From the IMG/VR virus record IMGVR_UViG_2721755660_000006, positions 1 through 55,157 of that record: a stretch of 55,157 nt of DNA. One strand, 5' to 3'. Source of the DNA: a virus (taxonomy: Duplodnaviria > Heunggongvirae > Uroviricota > Caudoviricetes). Of the stretch, positions 18,577 through 28,367 are shown piece after piece. A program made the translations under genes and the position numbers. Within the stretch, counting starts at the first letter, position 1; each line of letters opens with the position of its first letter. The notes under the pieces are model-generated. The model was given only the letters and a program-made list of their open reading frames with translations. It made no database searches and was not told the origin of the DNA.

Positions 18577-18963
18577 TTATCTAGATATGATGGTTTGAAA
18601 AGCTACGGTGAAAATAAAGCGCCCTTCTCTTGTCTGCATCGCAGGAATAGCGCCTACTGGCTTCATGTGTGTAATTTTATCAGTTTTATATTCTGTTAAC
18701 ATACTTTGACGGATGGCGTCGGCAAGGTCTTCCACTTCACTGATATTTGCGTCATTCCGCGCCGAAATAACCAGGATGCGGAAATAATCACGGGTTATTG
18801 CTTCCTCACCAGCCGCGCCGCCGTTTTGCTGGATAACAATGTATCGGTCGTTATTCGAATTGGATTTTTCATTCCAGAAACGGGCCTGCAAAATATAGCC
18901 TTTATCGTACCCGTGGGATTTAATCCAATCCCTTATTTCGTCGTATACTTCGCTGCGTTTCAT
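18577..18963 (-). CDS. Tail completion / tail terminator protein
   Basis: 128 aa; synteny between HK97 gp10-like gene and major tail gene. Confidence 0.55.
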   Translation of the reverse strand: MKRSEVYDEIRDWIKSHGYDKGYILQARFWNEKSNSNNDRYIVIQQNGGAAGEEAITRDYFRILVISARNDANISEVEDLADAIRQSMLTEYKTDKITHMKPVGAIPAMQTREGRFIFTVAFQTIISR

Positions 18964-19400
18964 GTTTTGTAACCTTCTACAATCTCTTTATAAATATCGT
19001 CAGCGTTGTTTGGATCTTCGAATGCCTTGCGCAAAAATTCCGGCTCCGCGTTTGGGTCCCAATATTTACCTTTTCCAGTACCGCCGCCGAATTCAACCCC
19101 TTCGCTAGTCTTGCCGAAATGTTCGCGCGGCTGTCCTTTTAATTTACCTGGCATATTGTGCACCCATTCAGCATACCGGGCCGTATATCCCAGCCGTAAC
19201 TGCATACCCTCCGCCGTGCTACCTATATACTGAAATTGGCTGTTAATTAAAAAACCCGTATCAACGGGGGTCATGTTCGCCGCGAAGCCACCAGCCAGCA
19301 TCCCTACACGCCATAACACTTCATGAGTTTTCTTATCTGTGATTTCCTTTAGCTCCTGCTTTAATCGCTCTCTGACACGTTTAACACCCTTGATAGGCAT
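18960..19400 (-). CDS. HK97 gp10-like head-tail joining protein
   Basis: 146 aa with PVDTGFLINS motif typical of the gp10 family. Confidence 0.65.
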   Translation of the reverse strand: MPIKGVKRVRERLKQELKEITDKKTHEVLWRVGMLAGGFAANMTPVDTGFLINSQFQYIGSTAEGMQLRLGYTARYAEWVHNMPGKLKGQPREHFGKTSEGVEFGGGTGKGKYWDPNAEPEFLRKAFEDPNNADDIYKEIVEGYKT

Positions 19401-19402
19401 AA

Positions 19403-19768
19403 TTAACCCCCTGTCACGATCTTATAATCCGGCGTGTCGTTAAACATGCTCATGTCCCATTCAACGATTCCTGTTATAACGTTCGCACCTGCCGCCAGCG
19501 GGTCGGAAATATCAGTGGTGTCACCAGTGGCAATCATCCAGCCTTTTTCCGGGCGCTGCACTGGCTGCATATTGTGAAGCAGTTCGGTAAATACGGTTAT
19601 TGTATTGCTAACCTCATTGCCGTTTGCGTCTGTTGCAGTGCCGTCTGTGCGTTCCCATGAGCAATCAATCAGGTATGGTGCACCGTATACATCGGAGTTT
19701 GTCCAGTCGTCACGCGTTACAGAGTAAATGGTTGCTAATGCCCTGTAGCTGAATCTCGCAATCTTACT
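19403..19768 (-). CDS. Head closure / head-tail adaptor protein
   Basis: Synteny and size; start set to the internal Met. Confidence 0.5.
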   Translation of the reverse strand, partial: SKIARFSYRALATIYSVTRDDWTNSDVYGAPYLIDCSWERTDGTATDANGNEVSNTITVFTELLHNMQPVQRPEKGWMIATGDTTDISDPLAAGANVITGIVEWDMSMFNDTPDYKIVTGG

Positions 19769-19949
19769 CATAGCCATAGCTCCATTTAACAATTTTCGGA
19801 TGGGTTTTCGCCACGCGCGGGCAAAGAATTACCCATTCGCCAGCATCATTGAGATAGGCGGCAACCTGTCGCCCGGTGTCAGTCTTCACCCATACGCGGG
19901 TGAATAGCTTCGGTAATACCGGGTCCGGTAACGTTAGGTCGTTCCACAT
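19764..19949 (-). CDS. Hypothetical small protein
   Basis: 61-aa ORF filling the gap between connector and adaptor genes. Confidence 0.4.
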   Translation of the reverse strand: MWNDLTLPDPVLPKLFTRVWVKTDTGRQVAAYLNDAGEWVILCPRVAKTHPKIVKWSYGYE

Positions 19950-19951
19950 GG

Positions 19952-20338
19952 TTACATCCTCCCACTCTTACCGATCCATAGTCCGGCATGTGCGGTGGCT
20001 TCAGGATCTGCGGGAATCAGTTCTGCTGTGCAATTATGCTTGTCAATCGAGCGTAGCAACGAGCAAGCCGCTCTCCATTTTTTATTGAAATCAACATAGC
20101 GGTAGGACTGGCTTGCACCGTTCGGACCTGTGTGTGAGGAAACGTATTTATTCGCCTGTGTGAGTCCTAACAGCCCGATCAGGTAAAGCTGAATTAATGT
20201 TGCAGTGGAGGCCTGATAGTTAGCATCAAGGCATTCATTAACGCTATTTGCCTGCTCCACCAGCAAAGATAAGATAACGTCTGGCAGGTCAATACCCTGG
20301 CTTTCAAGATATTCCCGCGCCTGTTCTGTAGTGACCAT
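19952..20338 (-). CDS. gp6-like head-tail connector protein
   Basis: Start set to MVTTEQAREYLESQGIDLPD, typical N-terminus of this family. Confidence 0.6.
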   Translation of the reverse strand: MVTTEQAREYLESQGIDLPDVILSLLVEQANSVNECLDANYQASTATLIQLYLIGLLGLTQANKYVSSHTGPNGASQSYRYVDFNKKWRAACSLLRSIDKHNCTAELIPADPEATAHAGLWIGKSGRM

Positions 20339-20361
20339 TTTGTTTGCTCCACATACAAAAA

Positions 20362-20392
20362 AAATCCCCGGCATCGCGCCGGGGAGTTACAG
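20362..20392 (-). terminator. Strong rho-independent terminator after the major capsid gene
   Basis: CCCCGGCGCGATGCCGGGG hairpin followed by ATTTTTTTT on the minus strand. Confidence 0.8.
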
Positions 20393-20403
20393 GAAATACG
20401 AAA

Positions 20404-21456
20404 TTATTTATGACCGTAAACTACGCCGGAACGGCCCAGCATGTCGCAGGTGATTTGTAAACCTTCGGCAGACATGATTTTGAAGTTATAGTTATCAGTC
20501 GGCATAAAGCGCGGTAACGGTACAACGCCAGTAGTCATACCAACCAGCGGGGTAATGACGTTGCGGCGGCGTTGGTAAGCAATGAACTCGTTTCCTTTCA
20601 GTGCAAAGGTCTGGCGGATTTCTTTAACCGGAATGAACGGTTTAACGATATTCAGCACAGTACCAACAACAGTACCGTTAGCAATGTGCGGCGCTGCCAT
20701 GTTAGCCATAATTTCAGGGGACACCCACATGATGTCATACTGATCAACACGGTTATTGCGGGCCATTACACCGAATGCACCAGTGGTGAAGAATTTGATG
20801 AGATCGTCAAATCCGTCAGTGGTGAGGTCTTCGGAGGTCATTACCAGCTGTTGGGTATTACGGTGATTTTTAATACCCTGGCCCGGTTTACCGTTGACGT
20901 TGATTTTTGCGTTACCGTTAAGGTAATAATCAACGCGGGCTTTGTTGAATTTTTGCAGTTTCAGGCGCTGGCTATCCAGTGCAAGGTCAATACCAACAGT
21001 TTTCAGACCTTCGGAATGACGCCAGTTGACACCGTAACCCGCTGCGAACATCGGGATCGGGTCGCCATCGCTACCGTATTCAGTGTGATCGAAGCCATGC
21101 GGAGCTTGACCATCAATACTAACTACGACTTCATCGTTAATATCACCGGATACGCTGTACATTTTCTCGGTTTTACCGATTGGTAATACGGTTTGCACAG
21201 CCATCAGGTCGTTTACAATTTCGATGCCAGTCTCTTCGGTGCTCATTTCGATAATCTGGTTATCGATAGCTTTCCAAAATTCCTGATCGAAGCCGCCAAC
21301 GGCATTACATGCCAGGATGTCAGCGGTCATGTTTGCCATATTTGCGGCAATAAGAGCGCCGTCACGATCATTGAACATGTTGCGCTGCGCCCAAAGGTGA
21401 TCCCACTGAGCACGAATGCGGCTGTTAGTAGCAAGGTTGTGTTTATTAAACAACAT
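20404..21456 (-). CDS. Major capsid protein (lambda E-type family)
   Basis: 350 aa; follows a lambda D-like decoration gene; strong terminator downstream. Confidence 0.8.
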   Translation of the reverse strand: MLFNKHNLATNSRIRAQWDHLWAQRNMFNDRDGALIAANMANMTADILACNAVGGFDQEFWKAIDNQIIEMSTEETGIEIVNDLMAVQTVLPIGKTEKMYSVSGDINDEVVVSIDGQAPHGFDHTEYGSDGDPIPMFAAGYGVNWRHSEGLKTVGIDLALDSQRLKLQKFNKARVDYYLNGNAKINVNGKPGQGIKNHRNTQQLVMTSEDLTTDGFDDLIKFFTTGAFGVMARNNRVDQYDIMWVSPEIMANMAAPHIANGTVVGTVLNIVKPFIPVKEIRQTFALKGNEFIAYQRRRNVITPLVGMTTGVVPLPRFMPTDNYNFKIMSAEGLQITCDMLGRSGVVYGHK

Positions 21457-21475
21457 AGTTTTTCACCTCTTATTA

Positions 21476-21877
21476 TTATGCAACGCGGACACGTACAAAA
21501 TCAGCCGCTTCAATGGTTACAGTTTCCTGGCAGAAAGCGAAAACCGGTTCTTCAGATGAGACTAATTTAAAACCACCTTCACCAATGGTGATGGCAGCGT
21601 CTTTGGTGTAAGTACCTTCAGGAAGCAGAATTGCGAATTCGCGTCCTTCTTCTGCGTAGTCAGCAACCACGGAATGACCAACCGGGATCGCATCTTCAAT
21701 GCCTAAACCTTCATGGTACGCCGGATTAACAACATAAATACGGCCTACGGTATCAGCGGCGGCAACGAATTTACCAGCCGTCATTTTTACCGGAGTACCC
21801 GGTTTAAGTGCTGCGGCAGATACTGCGGTTTCAGTAACGGATTTGCCGTCAATATTTACACGACGAAAACGGGACAT
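21476..21877 (-). CDS. Head decoration protein (lambda gpD-like)
   Basis: 133 aa immediately upstream of the capsid gene. Confidence 0.7.
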   Translation of the reverse strand: MSRFRRVNIDGKSVTETAVSAAALKPGTPVKMTAGKFVAAADTVGRIYVVNPAYHEGLGIEDAIPVGHSVVADYAEEGREFAILLPEGTYTKDAAITIGEGGFKLVSSEEPVFAFCQETVTIEAADFVRVRVA

Positions 21878-21887
21878 AATTCACCTC

Positions 21888-23198
21888 TTATGCGAAATAG
21901 TTGTTAATGTCAGGGGTAGCAGGTTTATTTCCACCAGCGGCTGAGTTTGCTGCCATTGGTGCTGCTTTACCCAGGGATTTAAACATTGCTTCTAACGCTT
22001 CACCGCTTAATGCGTTAGCAACAATTTCGCCGTGTACTTTCGCAACTGCGGCGCGTTTTTCTGCTTCTTCTTTATTTGCGTTTGCTGCGATCTCTTCTTT
22101 GATCGCTTTCTGATTGGTCTGTAATTCTTCAACGCTTGCCTGCACTGGTTTTAATGCCTCTGCTACTGCATTAGCGATATTAGCTGCTAAGCCTTCGTTA
22201 ATTTCTTTTACCAGTTCGGCGCGTTCTTCTTTGGTCAAAGGCATGGGATCGTCCTCCGATTTATTGGCCTTAATTTTTTCATTCAGGGAGAAAAGATTAG
22301 AAAGGTGTTCAGCGAACTGAGTAAACCAGGATTTACTTTCCTCGTTGGTTGCAAGCTCGCCATTATTGAGAATAATTTTATCAGCCTGTTTTTCATATGT
22401 GCAAACTTGAGCACTTTCAGTATTAGTGGCGATCGTCACTTCTTTATCAGTGAAGTCCACCACATACACATAATCGGCATCAGGGAATAATTCCCGCGCG
22501 GCGTCGGTTAATTGTTTCTCAAGTGTGCGGTAGCTGTTTTCTTTCATTGCCACCGCCATTAACGGTTTCGCCTGGTCAGTATTAACCATCAGGCCAACGC
22601 CTTGCTCTGGTGAGGCGGCTGGCGGCTCATGCAGCAAAATAGCGTCATGGTCGATAGACATGATTTTCACCACATGGTCGGCACCCTGGGCTTTCATCTC
22701 TTCAGTAGCTGGCATACGTTGACGATATACAGCGACGGATGACCAGATCGGATCTTTGCTTTCCCCTTTCTCCAGTGCTTCCAGTCTGCTTAATAATTCG
22801 CGGCCTTGCTCTGAATGGCTGGCGGTTTCCACATCCACCCATTTTTCCACATAAACACGGTTGCCGCGTAATTCAACGTTTCTATTCCACGCTCCACAAA
22901 AACCCGTGTTTAATCCTTCCGGGCTAAATGCGGAAACAAATTTACCGTCCACGGTAGGATGACCTAACGGGGCAAGTGTTCCCTCCAGCGACTGGTAATT
23001 AGCGATAATTTCAGCTTCCGGGTAATATTCCCGATTCATAACAATATTGAAGGGCAACGTATATGACGGAACTACAATGTGTTCACGCCCGTTATACGTT
23101 TCCCGGCGTATGGTATTAGCGGTTAATTTGGTATTAACCTGAATCAATTCTTTACTCACGGTTTTACTCCCAATCTTCGCCATATTTAGCGTGCGCAA
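21888..23198 (-). CDS. Putative prohead scaffold/protease
   Basis: 436 aa; N-terminal globular domain plus charged coiled-coil Ala/Glu/Lys-rich C-terminal half; position between head morphogenesis and decoration genes. Confidence 0.55.
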   Translation of the reverse strand: MRTLNMAKIGSKTVSKELIQVNTKLTANTIRRETYNGREHIVVPSYTLPFNIVMNREYYPEAEIIANYQSLEGTLAPLGHPTVDGKFVSAFSPEGLNTGFCGAWNRNVELRGNRVYVEKWVDVETASHSEQGRELLSRLEALEKGESKDPIWSSVAVYRQRMPATEEMKAQGADHVVKIMSIDHDAILLHEPPAASPEQGVGLMVNTDQAKPLMAVAMKENSYRTLEKQLTDAARELFPDADYVYVVDFTDKEVTIATNTESAQVCTYEKQADKIILNNGELATNEESKSWFTQFAEHLSNLFSLNEKIKANKSEDDPMPLTKEERAELVKEINEGLAANIANAVAEALKPVQASVEELQTNQKAIKEEIAANANKEEAEKRAAVAKVHGEIVANALSGEALEAMFKSLGKAAPMAANSAAGGNKPATPDINNYFA

Positions 23199-24060
23199 CC
23201 TTATAGTTTTCTTGCGCCCGATCTAATATTCGTTTGTTTAATATGTTACCGTCTTCGTCAACCAATACGGTAATCGTGCTACATTTGCAGTTAATTGAAT
23301 TTGGTGATCTGCTCCACCATTCGCGCTGCTCATCTATGGTGTATGTTTTCCCGTGCCGCTGCGCGTGCGATAGCCTGGTAGTCGGTGACAATGCCGAAAT
23401 GTGCATTTGCATGGTGCGCAGATTAAGCTCTTCTGTCGCCGCTTCTGCCTCATCCATACGCGCTGTGCGTAACGCTGTGCATATTTCAGTTCGGGCAATA
23501 CGTTTGCACCTGTATAGCGGCAATTGCGTTTCCTGCTGCAATGTGCGCGCTATTTCCAGTGGATTTAAACCACGGGCCATCCCTTCGGTTAATCGCCGGG
23601 CCATATCCTTCTTGATCTGTGCTGTTAGCCCGCGCATTTCCTCAAATACACGGGTACGAACAAGGGCAAGGCGCGTGCGGTAAGTCGTACTTGATAGCAC
23701 GGCGGATACATCAGGATAAGCGCTTGAGTAAGTAACAGACTGGTTGGCAAGGTTGGCGTATTCCTGTGCCGTGCCGCGCTGATATGCCACCTTCACGTAT
23801 TCCTGCCAAAACCAAAAACTTTCCGGGTCGGTTAGCTCGAATATCTCATCAATCATGTCGCTGGCGTCCTCCAGCATGTCGTGCAATTCATCCATGTAAA
23901 TCTGGAAGGTGTATTTTTTATTAACAGCCAGGCTATATTGTATTCTGTCCAGTATGGCGATATATGGATCGGCTATTTTCTTCAGGCAGGATTTGAAACG
24001 CTTAATAGCTCCCGACCGTAACTTACCTGTCATGGTCGGGTCTTCGGTGTTAGATGGCAT
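23164..24060 (-). CDS. Head morphogenesis protein (Mu F / SPP1 gp7-like)
   Basis: About 300 aa directly after the portal gene; start uncertain, internal Met chosen. Confidence 0.6.
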   Translation of the reverse strand: MPSNTEDPTMTGKLRSGAIKRFKSCLKKIADPYIAILDRIQYSLAVNKKYTFQIYMDELHDMLEDASDMIDEIFELTDPESFWFWQEYVKVAYQRGTAQEYANLANQSVTYSSAYPDVSAVLSSTTYRTRLALVRTRVFEEMRGLTAQIKKDMARRLTEGMARGLNPLEIARTLQQETQLPLYRCKRIARTEICTALRTARMDEAEAATEELNLRTMQMHISALSPTTRLSHAQRHGKTYTIDEQREWWSRSPNSINCKCSTITVLVDEDGNILNKRILDRAQENYKVAHAKYGEDWE

Positions 24061-25444
24061 TATCGCGGCGGGAGGTATTCGCCTGATTATTTTCTTCACC
24101 TTCATCATCGTTTTCCTCGTCTTCCAGTTCTACTTCACTAGCTGGGCCATCGTATCCGGCAGCTTCGCGGATCTCGTCACCGCTAAATATTTCCTCACCA
24201 GTAGCAAGACAAGCCTGATTGATTTGCGCCATTTTGTGTGCCGCTTCCAGTAGTTCGGCTTTTGTCATGGCGTTAAGGTCATCCCATAAAACTGATACAT
24301 CGACTGGCATACTGATAAGGCGGAGATCTGCCATCTTGCGGAATAGTTCCTCAAGCTCGCCTCCAATTTCCTCGCGGCGGGTCATACAGCGATTATTGAA
24401 GTAGCGTAGGTCTTCAGTTGATGCGCGTTCGCCCTGCTGATTCCCAACCAGGATACGCGTCGGGATGTCGATACCAGCGGCGGCAGTTTGCAGGTTGACG
24501 TCATAGGTTGCAGATGGATCGGCTACGGCAGTTACCAGCGGGCTAACACTTGCCCCTTGTAATGCCATCATCACATCATTACCCCTATTCATTTCTGCTG
24601 CTGCCTCGTTGAATTTCTCGCGTAGCTCTGTAACGTCGCAATCGTATGTTGCAGCCAGGGAACGGAAATCAATCTCTTTATCGAACGAGATAGCCAGTTG
24701 ACGAGCGGCATTTTTCAGGAATGACTCACCGCTACCGCCTTCCACTTTCTCCAGCGAAACGAAAGCGTTATAGGACGGCTCAAGGAAAGCGATAGCATCA
24801 TCAGAATAATCACCAAATATAAAGATCCTGTCTGGATGAATCTTTCTTGCTATGGTTTTACTGTTGATCCGCTCCTTGTATTCCCACCATGTCGGAAGGC
24901 CATAGTTTTCTTTATCCTGGTTTTCTTCGAAGTCCTTCGGCGTAAGAGCGCCAGCCCACACAGGGGTGAATTTGGCAATGCCTACGCCTTTTGTTACTGG
25001 CTGATCCCACGGCTGGTTATCTCTGACATGAATTAACAGGCCCGCATAACGACCGATGAGGCGGCGGCGATCGCATTCAGCTATGACGCGCCAGAAACGA
25101 TTATCAAATTGCTTTTTAATTTCTCTTTCCCACGGCGTTTCCGTTTCTGCTTTCTCGTCTTCCGTACCTTCAATCAGCGTTGGCCTGGTGCGCCAGCACG
25201 TAGTAACGATCTTCTCAATAGCACCGTGAGCGATACCACCGCGACGATACAGCTTGTAAAGATCTTCATAGGTGATTTCTTCTTTGAATCCGTATTCACT
25301 CCACGCAGCGTCACGTTTTGCATCAATACCCATTGAGAATGGGTTAGCGGCTGCATAGCGGGCAAAGGCCGCCTGGCGTTGTGACAAGGCAGCATTAACC
25401 GCCAATTCTAAATTGGATGGCATAATGTTTACTCCTGAATACAT
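24050..25444 (-). CDS. Portal protein
   Basis: 464 aa with acidic C-terminal tail, immediately downstream of the large terminase. Confidence 0.75.
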   Translation of the reverse strand: MYSGVNIMPSNLELAVNAALSQRQAAFARYAAANPFSMGIDAKRDAAWSEYGFKEEITYEDLYKLYRRGGIAHGAIEKIVTTCWRTRPTLIEGTEDEKAETETPWEREIKKQFDNRFWRVIAECDRRRLIGRYAGLLIHVRDNQPWDQPVTKGVGIAKFTPVWAGALTPKDFEENQDKENYGLPTWWEYKERINSKTIARKIHPDRIFIFGDYSDDAIAFLEPSYNAFVSLEKVEGGSGESFLKNAARQLAISFDKEIDFRSLAATYDCDVTELREKFNEAAAEMNRGNDVMMALQGASVSPLVTAVADPSATYDVNLQTAAAGIDIPTRILVGNQQGERASTEDLRYFNNRCMTRREEIGGELEELFRKMADLRLISMPVDVSVLWDDLNAMTKAELLEAAHKMAQINQACLATGEEIFSGDEIREAAGYDGPASEVELEDEENDDEGEENNQANTSRRDNAI

Positions 25445-25501
25445 GTTTACGCGTTGCTACGCGAAAAATAGAAAAATTCGTGAGGGGTTGTGAGGCAGAT
25501 T

Positions 25502-26986
25502 TTAAAATCCGCGCAGGCGCTTAGGTAACATGAGGCCTATTGCCTGTGGCTGGCTTAATTCAGTGATACCCCACACCATTGCGTCGAGGCGGTCCGGGGA
25601 TTTTTTAGCGGTAGCTGGCACGTATTCCATCATTTGATTTTCCAGCGTGTACAGGCTGCCTGTGTGGGCCACCCTTCCTTGTGCATACAGTGCCGATATT
25701 GGCTCGGCTCGGGCGAATTTACCCTTGCTTGCGTGCACCTTAACAATGCGGCCTTTGAATCCGGCATTACGTAGCGTGGCCTCCGCCATTTCGCCGCCCT
25801 GGTTGGTTTCGATAACTATCGCGTCAGCTTCATGGATGTTGTAGGCGTTCATTGATGCTTGCGCCCAGTCGTTAGGAGACATGCGGCCTGAGTAGTCACC
25901 GTCTACAGAATACTGAGCGTGCTTGCCGCCACCATAAGCGGAACATGCCACGATCCCGGTTTCGTCAGACTCATCAGATGATGTTGTTGCCGGGTCGATG
26001 GCTATCACCGTGCGGATCCTGTCCTGCGTTATCTGCATCCGGTGAGCGGCGGTTATCATCGCTTCAGTCCATAATGCGCCTTCTTCGTCGAATTTACGCG
26101 GGCGCTGCATGTACTGCGCCTCGAATGACCTGCGGTGTGCTTTCAGTCCGGCTTCATGGCTGTCATTGTGCTTTTTAGGCCATAGCCAGCCGTCCGGCAG
26201 GTTGTGAGCAATAGGAATAGCGAATTCGTTTTCCGGGTACAGATCCCAATAGTCGATGCTATTGTCGATCTTCACTGGCAGGTTAAGGTGATACCATTTC
26301 TCACCACTGCCACCGCGTAACAGGTAGCCGGACAAATCATCGTAGTGGATACGCTGCATAATGACGATAACAGGCGTCTCCTGTACGGCAAGACGTGAAG
26401 CGAGCGTGTCGTTGTAGTTGTTCTTTACCTTATCCCGCATCACATCAGAGTAAGCGTCAGCGGGCTTTAATGGGTCATCAATAATTAACGCGCCGTTGAA
26501 GCCTGGCTCCATGTAACCAGCACGAAAACCCGTGATCTGGCCGTGTGACGATGCGGCATATATCCCGCCGCCCTGTTCCGTCCACCACATTGATTTGGAG
26601 TTGGCATCATTGCGGATCCTCATAGGCCACATCGCTTGATACTCTGGCGAGCAAATCATATTTCTGACTGTCGATGAATTGAGTAATGCGAGGTTGTCGG
26701 AATAGGAGACATGAAGAAAACGCGTGCGGGGATTTATTGCGAGGGACCGCGCCATCATATTGATAGTTGCGATCATGGTCTTGCCGTACCCTGGGGGGAT
26801 GTTAATGATGAGGCGGGTAATCTCACCATTAATAACGCGTTGCAGTGCATCGCGGATAGCTATGTGATGGCCTGAGACAAACATCTTCGTACCGTTTGCT
26901 TGCTTGTAGAAATAGCGGTTGAAGAACAGGCCATCGTTTTCACATTTTGACTGAATAACCCTTTCTTTGATGGATAACATAATCAC
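25502..26986 (-). CDS. Terminase large subunit
   Basis: 494 aa; Walker A-like PPGYGKT, Walker B-like LIIDDP, C-terminal nuclease-like region. Confidence 0.9.
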   Translation of the reverse strand: MIMLSIKERVIQSKCENDGLFFNRYFYKQANGTKMFVSGHHIAIRDALQRVINGEITRLIINIPPGYGKTMIATINMMARSLAINPRTRFLHVSYSDNLALLNSSTVRNMICSPEYQAMWPMRIRNDANSKSMWWTEQGGGIYAASSHGQITGFRAGYMEPGFNGALIIDDPLKPADAYSDVMRDKVKNNYNDTLASRLAVQETPVIVIMQRIHYDDLSGYLLRGGSGEKWYHLNLPVKIDNSIDYWDLYPENEFAIPIAHNLPDGWLWPKKHNDSHEAGLKAHRRSFEAQYMQRPRKFDEEGALWTEAMITAAHRMQITQDRIRTVIAIDPATTSSDESDETGIVACSAYGGGKHAQYSVDGDYSGRMSPNDWAQASMNAYNIHEADAIVIETNQGGEMAEATLRNAGFKGRIVKVHASKGKFARAEPISALYAQGRVAHTGSLYTLENQMMEYVPATAKKSPDRLDAMVWGITELSQPQAIGLMLPKRLRGF

Positions 26987-27468
26987 ACCTCGTCTTCTAC
27001 TTCCTGGACGATACGGGCGATCTCTTCTTTCGTGACTTCAACCTGGACTGGCGCTTCTTCCTTGTTGCCAACGATCTCCTGTGTGACGCGTTCACCGTAT
27101 TTGCGCGGCTGAAGTTTTGCCAGTAGCCACTTGCGCGTTTCAATCATTAGTTGGTGGCGGCGTAGTTGGTCTTTATCAACGTTCTTAGCATCATCAGCTA
27201 TATCGAGGATCTCATCAGCTAATACCTCGAATCCTATTTCCTTCGCGCGCATGTACATGTCCGAGAATTCCGGCACGTCTCTAAACCATTTCAGGATTGT
27301 GGAACGGGTAGGCATACCAGGCATTTTCGAAATTTTGTTAACGCTCTGACCGTCCGCTACCAGTTCACAGATTTCTAACGCCTTTTCTTCGGTATAACCA
27401 TGCGGACGGCCCACCTTTTTAGCGGCTGGCTTTTTATCGTCAGCCTTTGCCTTTTTAGTGCGGGCCAT
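26983..27468 (-). CDS. Terminase small subunit
   Basis: 161 aa; GRPHGYTEEKALEICELVADGQSVNKISKMPGMPTRSTILKW matches the HTH-containing small terminase signature. Confidence 0.85.
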   Translation of the reverse strand: MARTKKAKADDKKPAAKKVGRPHGYTEEKALEICELVADGQSVNKISKMPGMPTRSTILKWFRDVPEFSDMYMRAKEIGFEVLADEILDIADDAKNVDKDQLRRHQLMIETRKWLLAKLQPRKYGERVTQEIVGNKEEAPVQVEVTKEEIARIVQEVEDEV

Positions 27469-27478
27469 ATTTCACCTC

Positions 27479-27562
27479 TCAATATTTATTGATGATATAT
27501 ACGCAAGCAACAAAACTTGCACAGTATGTTAATACTTCCAACCAGTCGAATAGCTCTTTCAT
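27479..27562 (-). CDS. Mini transmembrane peptide 11 of tandem array (27 aa)
   Basis: MKELFDWLEVLTYCASFVACVYIINKY; its ATG overlaps the stop of peptide 10 (ATGA). Confidence 0.5.
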   Translation of the reverse strand: MKELFDWLEVLTYCASFVACVYIINKY

Positions 27563-27702
27563 TGTTTACCCTTGAATCTCTGTTTTGATTCTCTGTAAAT
27601 AAGCCAGGTAATCATTACGATCACGTATACGCATAACATTAACGCAATAATAAGCACGCCAGAGCAAACTAAGAACATTAACAGATCTATAAACTCAAAC
27701 AT
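27559..27702 (-). CDS. Mini transmembrane peptide 10 of tandem array (47 aa)
   Basis: MFEFIDLLMFLVCSGVLIIALMLCVYVIVMITWLIYRESKQRFKGKQ; AAGAGG Shine-Dalgarno. Confidence 0.55.
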   Translation of the reverse strand: MFEFIDLLMFLVCSGVLIIALMLCVYVIVMITWLIYRESKQRFKGKQ

Positions 27703-27712
27703 GATTGCCTCT

Positions 27713-27784
27713 TTACATAATCGTAAGCGCCCAGGTAATAAGGACGATAGCTAAAACCATGTATATAAAATCTGACTCTCTCAT
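27713..27784 (-). CDS. Mini transmembrane peptide 9 (23 aa)
   Basis: MRESDFIYMVLAIVLITWALTIM; AAGGTGG Shine-Dalgarno. Confidence 0.5.
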   Translation of the reverse strand: MRESDFIYMVLAIVLITWALTIM

Positions 27785-27798
27785 ATTGTCCACCTTGT

Positions 27799-27867
27799 TT
27801 ACGTGAAGAAAACAATAACGACTAACAACGCGCTTATAGCCATGATTAAGAAATCACTGTTAGACAT
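27799..27867 (-). CDS. Mini transmembrane peptide 8 (22 aa)
   Basis: MSNSDFLIMAISALLVVIVFFT; start overlaps the stop of peptide 7; AGGGGTGA Shine-Dalgarno. Confidence 0.5.
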   Translation of the reverse strand: MSNSDFLIMAISALLVVIVFFT

Positions 27868-27934
27868 TGATAATCACCCCTACGATAATTAACGCGGCGA
27901 TACATACGAATAATACGGCTTCGATAACATCCAT
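27860..27934 (-). CDS. Mini transmembrane peptide 7 (24 aa)
   Basis: MDVIEAVLFVCIAALIIVGVIINV; AGGTGAG Shine-Dalgarno. Confidence 0.5.
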   Translation of the reverse strand: MDVIEAVLFVCIAALIIVGVIINV

Positions 27935-27942
27935 TCGCTCAC

Positions 27943-28011
27943 CTATTGAGTCAGTGCGGTCATGGTAAGAACAATCGCAACGATCAGGAAAAGGAAATCA
28001 AGCCATTTCAT
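27943..28011 (-). CDS. Mini transmembrane peptide 6 (22 aa)
   Basis: MKWLDFLFLIVAIVLTMTALTQ; ATG overlaps the stop of peptide 5 (ATGA). Confidence 0.5.
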   Translation of the reverse strand: MKWLDFLFLIVAIVLTMTALTQ

Positions 28012-28088
28012 TTTTTAATCTCCCGGTATACGTCCACGGCAATGACTGTAATAACAGCCACCAGCAATAGCATTTCATATGCGTTCAT
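28008..28088 (-). CDS. Mini transmembrane peptide 5 (26 aa)
   Basis: MNAYEMLLLVAVITVIAVDVYREIKK; AGGTGA Shine-Dalgarno; the track 61-aa ORF 28008..28193 is an upstream in-frame extension. Confidence 0.5.
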   Translation of the reverse strand: MNAYEMLLLVAVITVIAVDVYREIKK

Positions 28089-28096
28089 GCTTTCAC

Positions 28097-28171
28097 CTAT
28101 ACAACATTCTTCCACCAGAAATAGATAATGACAGCGACCAACGACCACCAGATGAGATCGTAAATATTCAT
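28097..28171 (-). CDS. Mini transmembrane peptide 4 (24 aa)
   Basis: MNIYDLIWWSLVAVIIYFWWKNVV; GAAGG Shine-Dalgarno. Confidence 0.5.
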   Translation of the reverse strand: MNIYDLIWWSLVAVIIYFWWKNVV

Positions 28172-28182
28172 GGTGAATACCT

Positions 28183-28269
28183 TCAGCTTTCAATGAATAT
28201 CATGATCGCCAGCCATACAGCGACGCAGGCAGAAAGGATAATGAGCGGGTCAATCATATTGTCACCCAT
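28183..28269 (-). CDS. Mini transmembrane peptide 3 (28 aa, or 24 aa from the internal Met)
   Basis: MGDNMIDPLIILSACVAVWLAIMIFIES; ATG directly follows the stop of peptide 2. Confidence 0.45.
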   Translation of the reverse strand: MGDNMIDPLIILSACVAVWLAIMIFIES

Positions 28270-28365
28270 CTAATATTTGCTCTTTACGGTTATCAGCACG
28301 GCGATAACAAAGCCAACCAGAAATATAGATATGCCTATTAATCCGGCGATGGTGCTGTCGTCCAT
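28270..28365 (-). CDS. Mini transmembrane peptide 2 (31 aa)
   Basis: MDDSTIAGLIGISIFLVGFVIAVLITVKSKY; TGA-TT-ATG junction with peptide 1. Confidence 0.5.
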   Translation of the reverse strand: MDDSTIAGLIGISIFLVGFVIAVLITVKSKY

Positions 28366-28367
28366 AA

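Noticed and set aside
20572-21570. Plus-strand ORFs (204 and 125 aa) antisense to the major capsid gene
   Set aside because: Contained in the capsid gene on the opposite strand; no independent support.
28008-28193. 61-aa minus-strand ORF from the supplied track
   Set aside because: It is an upstream in-frame extension of mini-peptide 5 that runs through the coding regions of peptides 3 and 4 in another frame; the AGGTGA-preceded internal ATG at 28088 is the more plausible start.
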